Shown here piece by piece: positions 48,394 through 64,000 of a stretch of 64,000 nt of DNA (the stretch's first letter is position 1; the number at the start of each line of letters is the position of its first letter). Location of the stretch: the NCBI RefSeq assembly GCF_009914755.1, contig NC_060934.1. The stretch is one strand, 5' to 3'. The notes under the pieces are model-generated. The model had not been told where the DNA came from. It made no database searches and saw only the letters and a list, made by a program, of their open reading frames with translations. Position numbers and translations under genes: made by a program. The stretch is from the human T2T-CHM13v2.0 reference genome, Homo sapiens.

Positions 48394-49620
48394 TATATCA
48401 CATTCTAGAAAAGGCAAAACTATGGAGACTGTAAAAAAGTCAGTAGCTACCATGGGCTGGAGCTGTGGCGCAAGGAGAGAGGGATGAATAGGTAGAGAGC
48501 ACTGAGGATTTTTAGAGCAGCAAAACTGTTTTGTGTGATACTTTAATGGTGTATATTATTATATTTGTCAAATCCCACAGAATATACAACACAAAGTGTA
48601 AGCCCTAATGTAAACTATAGATATTATTTAATGATAATATGTCAATAATGGCTCATCGATTGTAACAAATACACCCACTAACTAATGTAACAGGTTAATC
48701 ATAGGTGGAACTGGGGAGTAAGGGGATGAGGGAAGATTTGGGAACTCTCTGTATTTTCTGCTTCATTGTTTTGTAAACCTAAAACTGCCCAAAAATATAA
48801 AGTCTAATTTTTTTAAACCCAAGTGGGAAAACCTTTCTTCGATCCATCTTATTCTACTGACATCTTGGGTGTGTATGATGGTCTGTGTTTCCCAGTGTCA
48901 TCAATTTCACTGCCTTAAGGTGCTATGGCTTAGACTTGTGTCCTGTGGCCAGTGACCTCACAGTTTTTACCAAAATACTTGTTTTCATTGCTATCACGTG
49001 ATAGCTACTCTAAGTATGATTATCCTTCTTAATTCTGTTAGGAATCCCCCCGGCATTCCCTGTGAGGGAAGTATTAGTCCTTGAATTTCCGTTTCAAAAG
49101 ATGCGTACTGATTTACTTGGTATATAGCTTCTGTAAGAGGAAGTTTCATTTGGGAAAGAAAGGTTGTGCTAAGGTTCCCTCAGAAACTTTCTAAATTGCC
49201 TTCTCTAAAATTGCCTGTGTTTCCCTAAGCCTAAGAGTAAAATACAGGAAATAGTGATGATTTTTATGTGCTTGAGGAATCTTCTAAGAAGAGTGACCAA
49301 TTTTATTCTACTTATACTGATACTTGTACTGATTTACCTTGTGGAAAATTCATCCAGTGGCTACAATTACTAACTCACTCCAAAGGCATGAGTGGGAAAC
49401 TATTAAAATAACACATCACTTAGCTGAAACTCTTGAATGGTTGCTCTTAATAACCATTTTTCTGAATAATTTAAAGTTCCCATGTTTTTTAAAAAGGTTT
49501 ATTGACTTAGATCTGATTTGAAAAGTGTAATGTAGCTTATTATAGAATATTTAAAACATAAGAAAAACAAACAGGAAAAAAGTCATCCCAACTCTAGAAA
49601 CTTAACTTTTTTCAAACACA

Positions 49621-49623
49621 TTT

Positions 49624-49646
<23 letters not shown>
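49621..49646. repeat. Poly(T)26 tract
   Basis: Seen directly. Confidence 0.9.
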
Positions 49647-49654
<8 letters not shown>

Positions 49655-49744
49655 GACTAAACATGTTTCTAAATGTACTTCTTGGATCTGACTAAAGACT
49701 AAAAATGGAAGGAAACACAAGTAGAAATTATAAAGTCAGGATCA

Positions 49745-49885
49745 GGCCAGTGTGGTAGCTCATGCCTGTAATCTGAAAACCTTGGGAGGCTGAGGTGGGA
49801 GGATCACTTGAGGCCAGAAGTTGGAGACCAGCCTGGGCAACCTAGTGAGGCCCCATCTCTACCCCAAAAAAAAAAGAAAAAGAAA
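49745..49885 (+). mobile_element. Alu left monomer / FLAM
   Basis: Single arm with A tail. Confidence 0.85.
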
Positions 49886-49944
49886 CTTATTTATTTAATT
49901 TCCTCTCTTTAAAGGTATCATATGCAAAACAGAAGGTTTGGGGG

Positions 49945-50256
49945 TTTTGGGGTTTTTTGTTTGTTTGTTTTTTGAGACAGGGTCTCCCTCTGTAGTCCAG
50001 GCTAGAGTACAGTGGCACAATCATAGCTCACTGCAGCCTCAAACTCCTGGGCTCAAGCAGTCCCCACTACCTTAGCCTCCCGAGTAGCTAGGACTAAAGG
50101 TTTACACCACCATGCCCAGCTAATTTTTCTATTTTTTGTAGATACAGGGTCTTGCTGTGTTGCCAGGGTTGGTCTCAAACTCCTGGGCTCAAGCAATTCT
50201 CCTGCCTCAACCTCACAAAGTGCTGGGATTACAGGCATGAGCTGCTGTGCCCAGCC
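49945..50256 (-). mobile_element. Alu (J-like)
   Basis: Antisense dimer. Confidence 0.9.
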
Positions 50257-50259
50257 AGA

Positions 50260-50930
50260 AGTTTTCATTTTAGCACAGTTTAATCTTTCACTTTCTGGTT
50301 TCTGCTTTTTGTGTGTCTTATTTAAGAAATATTTTCTACCTCTAGGACATAAAGATATTTTTTATTTTCTTCTAAAAGTCTTACTATTTTTCCATTTACA
50401 TTTAACTCATTGATAGACCTGGAATTCTTTTTTTTTTTAATATAGAGTGAGGTAATGTTATTTTTCCAAATTGAAAACTAGTTGCCTAAACACTACTTTT
50501 CTAAGAAGCCATCTTTTCCCCATGAATTTGCAATGGCAACTCTGTTGTAGCTCAAGTTTCCACCTTTTCTCTATTTATTTATAGCTATGCCAACAAACAC
50601 TGCATTTATTATTATAGATTTTTAGAAGTATTTAATCTGGTAAGACTAGTCTCTCCTATCATTTTTACTTCAGTAAGTGTATATGCCTGTTCTTGATCCT
50701 TTGCTTTTTCATATAAATTTTAGAATCAACTTATCAGGTTCCCAAAAACATTGTTGAGACTGTGATTGAATTTGTATTGAATGTTATCTTCTTCTCCAAT
50801 AACCCAGCATATCTCTCCATTTAGGTCCTTTGTAATATCTTTCCATAAAGTTCTATAGTTTTCTTTATTAGAGGCTGGCATAACTTGCATCGCTTTTGTA
50901 TTTTTACCAAATTACATTTTTAAAACTGTT
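50260..50930 (-). mobile_element. Old L1 (L1ME-like) ORF2 region, antisense
   Basis: ttcatataaattttagaatcaactt...gattgaatttgtattgaat motif. Confidence 0.65.
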
Positions 50931-50937
50931 GCTCTTG

Positions 50938-50979
<42 letters not shown>

Positions 50980-51092
50980 TATGTGTGTATATATGTATAT
51001 GTATATATGTATGTATATTCTATATACAAAGCTGCTCTCAATGAAAATATTGACAAATTTATTTCTTCTTTTACAATTCCTGTGTATGTGTG

Positions 51093-51133
<41 letters not shown>
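50938..51133. repeat. Two (TG)n/(TA)n microsatellites (50938-51020, 51081-51133)
   Basis: Seen directly. Confidence 0.9.
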
Positions 51134-52145
<1,012 letters not shown>

Positions 52146-52731
52146 TCATTATTATTTTTAATGGGACTGTGTATGTTTTCTATTTATTTGTAATTTTACT
52201 GTTTCCCTTTTTCCACATTTTCTGCAGTTATTGGGTATGACTTTTATAATCAGAAAAACAATATTTTCACTTGCTTTCTTAAAAATAAATAATCTCTTAG
52301 TGAAGGCCTGAGGGGTCCTTATAGGTGTAATATGGATGGCCATGGAGCTGCTATGGCTTCAGGCTTTATATATATGAGGTATTGCTGTCTATTCACAGTA
52401 TTCTCTGACCTTTAAATTTATGTGGCTTAAAATCTATTTTCAATGCATAAACATTTGTATATTTTTCCAGGTGAACAATGTACTACCTAGATGTATAATA
52501 ATTTAAATTTAGTGTAAAATGAGATTTTTTACAACAAATTATATATTTCCAAAAACTTTAAAATGTTTAAACTCTACATAGGCATATGGTGGTCTACTAT
52601 ATATAAAAGGTTTCTGGGAACTATTTAAGAAGATAAAAATAGAGCCACTGACATGTATTTGTACTGTATCTTTGGGAAAACAATTTCAGCGTAATATATA
52701 CTTGTAAAAAGTGAATTAGTAAAACTATTCT

Positions 52732-52962
52732 GGCCGGGCACAGTGGCTCACACCTGTAATCCCAGCACTTTGGGAGGCTGAAGTAGAAGGATTGCTTGAG
52801 CCCAGGGGTTCAGACCAGCTGGGCCACATGGTGAGACTCCATTTCTACAAAAAATAGAAAAGTTAGTCAGGCATAGTGGCACACACCTGTAGTTCTAGCT
52901 ACTCAGGAGGCTGAAGTGGGAGGATTGCTTGAGCCCAGGAGTACAAACAAAAACAAAAAAAA
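52732..52962 (+). mobile_element. Alu (J-like), right arm truncated
   Basis: Dimer with 3' deletion. Confidence 0.85.
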
Positions 52963-54021
52963 CTTTATTCCTCCAAGTTTAAAAAGTGCAGCTTGCTTAC
53001 TTGTTGACAAGCTGCTGAATATAGAATGAACAGTAATAGAGTCTACTGGGTTTTAGGTTCCAGCTACCATGAAAAACTATTAAGGAACTATAAATAGAAA
53101 AGAAAAAATGGACTCATAAAGACTTTGTTCATTTCCTTCTAAAATATCCCTAGCTTATTAAGTGTCTCCATTAAGGCTTCCGTACCCACTGACAATATTT
53201 CTTGATTCTCTGTAAATGACACTAAGAAAATTCTAGATGCTATAGCTCTTCTATAGTAACTACATGGAATAGACAGCTTAAGTTAGGAAATTACATTGCC
53301 TTTTGAGCACACCAGCAATCCTACCTCTGTGTGCTTTGAGGAAACTAGTGTAGCACCTCCTCTTTTTGTACAACTTTAACATATGTTTCAGGTCTCATGT
53401 CAAATACCAGATACAATTTGTCAATTTATTGATCACATTTTGTAACATCAGTAAAAGTCTAAATAAAATCAACCAGAAGATAATAGGCTACACCAATTGT
53501 TAATGAACAGAGGTTTATTTGGAAAGATTGTTCCAGGATTCAGAGCCAGCTAACAATAGCTCTAGGAACCCAATTTATTGTCGATGAGAGATTCTCACCT
53601 TATGCCTCGTCAGCTAGAGGACCTAAAGTCTATAACGTCTCCTAAAGCTGGGAAAAGCCTGAGAGGCCCAGGTTGATACGCCTATGTGTAACAGGATAGA
53701 GAGAAGGAACCAAAGTAAAAAGGCAACAACAACTGCCTCAGCATATGAGTTCTTGATTTGGAAAAACCTGCACTGATGGTTCTTGTTCTCTGGTGTAATG
53801 CCTCCTATGCCTGCTCTCTTGGCTGTGTTGAAAAGCATACATACAGAGCTGTGCTCTTCATTTTCAAGATGATGTACTGATAAGGACCACAAGCCAGTGG
53901 CACTGGGAAAAAGGGATCCTAAGAGACTTTTTCTTATTAAACATACATTCAAAGTCAGTTATTTAATATTTTGCTTTTTGGACTCTTGGTAAGCCCAAAT
54001 CTTGTTCTAAAAAGAGCAGAC

Positions 54022-54623
54022 TTTTTTGTTTTGTTTTGTTTTGTTTGAGATAGTGTCTCACTCTCTCTCCCATTCTGGAGTGCAGTGGAGCGATATGGCT
54101 CACTGCAGCCACAACCTCCCAGGCTTGGGTGATCCTCCCACCTCAGCCTCCTGAGTAAGTAGCTGAGACTACATGTATGTACCACCACGCCTGGCTAAAT
54201 TTTTGAATTTTTTTGTAGGGACGGAATTTTGCCATGTTGCCCAGGCTGGTCTCAAACTTCTGGGCTCAAATGATCTGGGTGCCTCAGCCTCCCTAAGTAC
54301 TGGGATTACAGGCATGAGCCACCAGGCCTGACTTGTTTTTGTTTTTTTGTTGTTGTTGTTGCCCAAACTAGAGTACAGTAGGCTCAATCACAGCTCACTG
54401 CAGCCTCAACCTCCCACCTCAAGCAGTCCTTCCACCTCAGCCTCCCAAGTAGCTGGGATTGCAGGTGCATGCCACCACGCCCAGCTAATTTTTTTTTTTT
54501 TTTTATGTAGAGACGAGTCTCCCTGTGTTGCCCAGGCTGGTTTCCTGGGCTCAAATGATTCTCCCATCTCAGCCTCCCAAAGTGCTCAGATTAGAGGTGA
54601 GGCATGAGCCACCCAACCTAGCC
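54022..54623 (-). mobile_element. Two tandem antisense Alus (J-like)
   Basis: 54022-54333 and 54335-54623. Confidence 0.88.
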
Positions 54624-54680
54624 TTTTTTTTTTTTTTTTTTTTAATACCTGCAAGCCACATTTATCTGCTATAGTGTTTA

Positions 54681-55169
<489 letters not shown>

Positions 55170-55174
55170 TAGAG

Positions 55175-57447
<2,273 letters not shown>

Positions 57448-57665
57448 TTATTGATAATAAATAGATTTTAAAATAATAAATGGGAGAAGAGGTAGGCTCT
57501 TGTTTATGGTAGAATGGTGAGGGCTGACTGGTAAATGTGAAAATCATTTCACAGCTGCAGTTGGAAAATCATCACAGTATGAGTTGCTTCAGTTAAAAAT
57601 TATGAGTGGATACTCAATCTGGGAGGGGGTTGGGACTTTTGATAAAGAACAGAATATTTATGTGA

Positions 57666-58372
<707 letters not shown>

Positions 58373-58675
58373 ATGTGATCTTAAATTGTCTATTCACAAA
58401 CTGCTTGTTAGATGCAAGGGAAAAAATAGGTACTATACAATGGAGAAGTAGGACAACACCTTGATCAGGTGGTCAGAATTCCTATCACCAGTGCACAGCA
58501 GATGGACATGATGTGCCTCTAAATGTGACACTTTGAGAAGGATCCATCATAATGTGTGTAGTAGTCTGCCTGGGTGTGCATAGTCTGAACTTAATCATGA
58601 GAAAATATTAGACAAATCCAAAATTAGAATCAGTCTATTAAAAATGGGAAAATAAATAAGTAATGGGATAAGCGC

Positions 58676-58987
58676 GTCAGACACAGTGGCTCACACCTGT
58701 AATCCCAGCACTTTAGGAGGCTGAGGCGGGTGGATTGCTTGAGTCCAGGAGTTCGAGACCAGCCTGGGCAACATGACAAAACCCCATCTACTAAAAGTAC
58801 AAAAAAATTAGCCAGGCGTTGTGGTGTGCACCTGTGGTCCCAGCTACCCGGGAGGCAGAGGTAGGAGAATCACCTGAGCCTAGGGAGTTGAGGCTGCAGT
58901 GAGCCAAAAAAAATTATGCCACTGCACTCCAGCCTGGGCAATCAGAGTAAGACCCTGTCTCAAATAAATAACAAATAAATTAAAAAT
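58676..58987 (+). mobile_element. Alu (Jb-like)
   Basis: Full dimer. Confidence 0.9.
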
Positions 58988-58999
58988 GAGGTGAGGTAA

Positions 59000-59490
59000 G
59001 TTATGACTATATTCTTCAAAAATGTCCGTATCTCAAAAGTCAAAATCTGAGGAAATGTTCCAGATTTTTAAAAACTATAAAGATACCACAGTTAAATCCT
59101 GAACTAGACTCTGTTCCAGAGGAGAAAATTTCCATAAAGGATATTATTGGGTAATTGACTAAATTGAAATATGGACAGTAGATTAGATAACAGTGTTACT
59201 GAAGTTGATGTTGATGTCCACACTGTAGCTATGTAAGAGAATATCCTTATTCTCAGAAAAGATACACTGAAGTTTTCAGAAGTAAAAAGACATTGTAAAT
59301 GTAACTTCCTCTCAAATAGTTCAGGGAAATAAAATTGTATGCAGAGAAAGAGTACATGCAAATGGTGCAAAATGTTAACAATATTGTGCACCTGGGTAGA
59401 TGATATGCAGATGCTTTTTGTACTATTTTTATTCCTGCAACTTTTTTCTGAATTTGGAATCCTTTTCAAATAAAATACATTTTAAGCAGG
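59000..59490 (+). mobile_element. L1MC/MD-like 3' end
   Basis: gtaagagaatatccttattctcagaaaagatacactgaag...tgcaacttttttctgaatttggaat. Confidence 0.65.
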
Positions 59491-59526
59491 CTAATAATTA
59501 AAAATCTAAACTAAGATTATATTGGG

Positions 59527-59840
59527 AAACATTATGCTAAGTGAAATAAGCTAGACACAAAAAGACAAATATTGTATGATCTCACTTATATGAGGTACCT
59601 AGAATAGGCAAATTTATAGAGACAAAAGTAGAGTAGCAGTTACCAGGGGCTAGAAGTAAAGAGGAGTGGGGAGTTATTGTTTAATGGGTACAGAGTTTCT
59701 TTTGGGGTGATGAAAAACTTCTAAAAATGCATAGAGGTAGTAGTTGCACATTGTGAATGTACTTAATGTCACTGAATTGTGCATTTAAAATTTGTTAAAA
59801 TAGTAAATTTTATGTTACGTATATTTTTCAAAATAAAAAA
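59527..59840 (+). mobile_element. L1MB-like 3' end
   Basis: aacattatgctaagtgaaataagc...aatgggtacagagtttc...gtaaattttatgttacgtatattt. Confidence 0.8.
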
Positions 59841-61510
59841 GTATCTTGGGGATGTTTACTTCCATTATAAAAGGATTCCCTACAATTATTTAAATATAAG
59901 CTCCCTTTGTTTATTTAAACAATTTTATACAGCTTTCAAGATTCACATCAGATACTTTTTGAAGATTCCACTTATAACTGATTATGTAGTATCTGTATTT
60001 CATTTTAGTTGGTTTTTAAAAATAGATTATTGAAAAACTGACATTCACCTTGGGCAAAGGTCTTAGCTTTTTTCAGCATCCAGGTTCTCCACTTGTCAAA
60101 GCAAAAGATTCTTCAGAATACTTCATTCATCATCTAGTTCTCTTAGAAAAAGGATGCTGGTGGTTTTGCTTCACAAAAATATTTCATAAACATGAGCTTT
60201 TTCTTTTTCTCACAATGATCATACCAGGCGGAATGAAGAAAACAGATGTTGCTTATAAGGCGTCTAATAGACATGTTTGCATTGTAAGCTGATCTGACTC
60301 TGAATTTGGCATCTGCTCCATTCACTGTGTGGACTGAGCATTTTCGCCTCACAGTTTGGCAGAAAAGTTAATATTGACTTTTGACTGTTACCTGAAAACT
60401 TGGTGATAAAATACTCTTACTAAACCTCTTGAGAGAGTGATTTTACAGTCTCAGCAAATGTCTTTAAAATACATCATTCTATTAACCATTTTAATTTTAT
60501 TCTTTGGTTGGGAATACTTATTTGTTTCATCTAATACAGAGCATTCCCCAAATCTGACTGGGAAAAGTCTGTGTGGTCAGAATGGTAGAAGAAGGAGGAC
60601 ATAAATCACTTATAATGTTCTCTACAGGTCATTATACCACAGCTTCTCAATTAACCTTCATCCCCCTCAGGCTGCCCAGGGCCTCAGGGAAGGCCCAGAA
60701 GCCTAGCTGCAGCACAGTTTCTCATTATTATCTGCTCTTCTGAGTATTTGAGTGTTAACTGCAGCAGCTCAGCAGCTCAGGTTTCCCCTAAGGGGAAGGT
60801 AGCCCAGATTCTTCTGCTCTTGACCTGTCTTATTTGCAATTATCCTTTTTTTCTTTTTTCACAGTTTTATTGTGGCATAATAGACATACAATAAACGGTA
60901 TGAATCTAAAGTTTACAATTGTATAACTTTGGACATATGTGTACACCCATGAAACCATCACTATGGACATATCCACTGCTCCCATGGCCTTTTCTAATCA
61001 TGCCTTCCTGCTCCTTCTCATCCCCTTTTGGATTGTTTCCAGTTTGGGGCTATTACAAATAAAGCTGCTGTGAACATTCATTTACAAGTCTTTGTGTGGA
61101 TATGTGCTTTCACCTACCTTGGGTAAATACCTAGAAATAGAACGGATCATATGATATGCACATGTTTAGCTTTTTAAGACTGACAGATGGTTTGGGAAAG
61201 TGGTCTTAGCATTTTACATTCCCACAATTAGTGTGTGAGAGTTCCAGTTGATCACACCCTTGCCAACACTTGTTATAGTCAGTCTTTTCAGTTTTAGCCA
61301 TTCTGCGAGTGTGCAGTGGTATCTAATTGTGATTTTAATTTGCATTTCTTTAATGAATAATGATATTGAACATTTTTTCATTTGCTTATTTGGCATCTAT
61401 CTTCTTTGCTAAAATGTTAAATACTTTTGCCTACTTTGTGTTGAGTTGTTTCTTGTTATTGAGGTACCAAGTATTTAATTGTGACAAAGTTCAGATTATT
61501 TTTTCTTCTA

Positions 61511-61801
<291 letters not shown>

Positions 61802-62517
61802 TTACTAAGTGATCTTTAGCAAACCCAAGATCACTAAGATTTTCTTCTATGTTTTCTCCTCAAGAGTTTTAGGATTTTATTCCTTACATTTATGTCTGTG
61901 ATTCATTTCAAGTGAATTTTTGTAGATAGTGTAAGGTAAAGGTTGAAATGCTTTTTTTTCACACAATTTGTTAAAGTGTCCTTTCTTGATGGGATTGTTT
62001 GGGCACCTGTGTCAAAAATCAGTTGGCTATACAGAAGTAGGTTTATTTCTGGACTCTGTTCAGTTCCATTGATCTATTTGTCTATATGCTAATACCATAG
62101 TGTCTTGGTTATTATCATTCTATAATAAATTTTGAAATCAGGTAGTATAAATCCTCTGGCTTTGTTCTTCTTTTTCAAAGTTGAGTTTTTGCTAACCTAG
62201 GTCCTTTGAATTTCCATATAAATTTTAGAAGCAGCTTGTCAGTTTCTATAAGAAAAATCTGCTAGAATTTTTATTAGTATTCCAATGAATTAATAGAAAA
62301 ATTCCTGCAGAACTGATAATATTGAATCTTCTGACCTTTGAACACTTTATGTCTATTTATTTAGGCTTCTTTTATATTTCTCAGCATTGTTTTGTCATTT
62401 TCAATGTGCAGGCCCTACACAACTTCTGTCAGATTTATTCTAAGGTACTTCAAATATTTGAAGTATGTGAAGTACCTTAGAATAAATATGGATAAATATT
62501 CTTAACTTTTTAATCAA

Positions 62518-62810
62518 TTTTTGTTTTTGAGACAGGGTCCTACTCTGTTACCCAGGTTGGGGTGCAGTGATATGATCATAGCTAACCACAGCCGCAACCT
62601 TCCAGGCTTAAGCAATCCTCTCACCTCAGCCTCCTGAGTAGCTAGGTCTACAGGCATGCACCAACATGCATGGCTAATTTTTGTATTTTTTGTAGAGACA
62701 GGATTTCGCCATGTTGCTCATGCTGGTCTCAAACTCCTGAGCTCAAGCAATTCACCCATCTTGGCCTCTCAGAGTGCTGGGATTATAGGCATGAGCCACG
62801 ATGCCTGGCT
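62518..62810 (-). mobile_element. Alu (J-like)
   Basis: Antisense dimer. Confidence 0.9.
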
Positions 62811-62885
62811 TATTCTTAGTAACTTCTAATTGTTCATTGCTCGTATGTATAATTATATATACACATTACCAGTATAGATAATTTA

Positions 62886-63256
<371 letters not shown>

Positions 63257-63355
63257 GAAGACCAGATTGACTTGATGGCAAGTTGTTGTGTCTCAACTTG
63301 AGCTCTTTAGAATAAATATTAGGGGAAGCTCATGATGTTTGGGAAAAGATCTCCC

Positions 63356-63646
63356 GACCGGGCACAGTGGCTCAACACCTGTAATCCCAGGCCAAGGCAG
63401 GCAGATCACGAGGTCAGGAGTTTAAGACCAGCCTGGCCAGCATGGTGAAACCCCATCTCTACTGAAACTACAAGAATTAGCTAGGCATGGTGGTGCATGC
63501 CTGTAGTCCCAGCTATTCAGGAGGCTGAGGCAGGAGAATTGCTTGAACCTGGGAGGCGGAGGTTGCAGTGGCCAAGATGATGCCACTGTACTCCAGCCTG
63601 CGTGACAGGGCAAGACTCCATCTCGGGGAAAAAAAAAAAAAAAAAG
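63356..63646 (+). mobile_element. Alu (Sg-like)
   Basis: Dimer; TSD aaaagatctccc / aaaagacctccc. Confidence 0.92.
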
Positions 63647-63731
63647 ACCTCCCTAACGGTAACGCACAAGACTTTCTCTTACTGTCAAGGCTGAAGAATG
63701 AGACAGGTGCTTAGATCATATATTGGTCTGA

Positions 63732-63920
<189 letters not shown>

Positions 63921-64000
63921 TGGAAGAGCTGAAAACACAAGCCCAGGAGTGCAGACACTGCCCTAATTGCTTCCTGAGAATTCCCATATTAATAAAGAAG
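63921..64000 (+). other. ADK: Start of ADK 3' UTR (continues beyond window)
   Basis: Follows the stop codon in the terminal exon. Confidence 0.9.
63991..63996 (+). terminator. Candidate proximal polyadenylation signal AATAAA of ADK
   Basis: Canonical hexamer 70 nt after the stop. The cleavage site would lie outside the window. Confidence 0.7.

Noticed and set aside
52455-52476. Recursive site tttttccag|GTGAAC
   Set aside because: The regenerated donor is weak; no more than chance expectation.
53497-53952. Unique-looking segment and 109-aa minus-strand ORF
   Set aside because: No recognisable protein or repeat homology and no convincing exon structure; could be an old LTR fragment, but I cannot support a call.
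60269-60278. p53 half-site AGACATGTTT
   Set aside because: Single decamer without a good partner half-site.

Overview
Primate (very probably human, 10q22) genomic DNA covering the 3' part of ADK (adenosine kinase) on the + strand. It includes the end of one large intron, an 87-nt coding exon carrying the catalytic PfkB/ribokinase motif DTNGAGDAF (25656-25742), a ~38-kb final intron, and the terminal exon (63796-63920 coding, AATAAA at 63991). The introns hold a full-length processed pseudogene of POLR3D (RPC4/RPC53; ~10311-12283) and about 60 Alu copies or fragments (roughly a quarter of the window). They also hold old L1/L2/MIR fragments, three solo LTRs (MLT2A, LTR1-family, MSTC) and several DNA-transposon MITEs. 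Nearly all entries in the ORF track are repeat-derived noise. I see no microbial-type system (no CRISPR, operons or RNA genes) and cannot claim a new biological system. The most unusual structure is that the Alu at 10004-10310 and the POLR3D retrocopy appear to share one target-site duplication, suggesting a chimeric Alu+mRNA retrotranscript. Other leads are a ready-made alternative ADK terminal exon inside the retrocopy, an antisense MLT2A LTR pointing at it, a 32-nt TSD-flanked micro-insertion of unknown source, and candidate pseudoexons and recursive splice sites. Repeat boundaries and subfamilies were judged by eye against remembered consensus sequences and are approximate.
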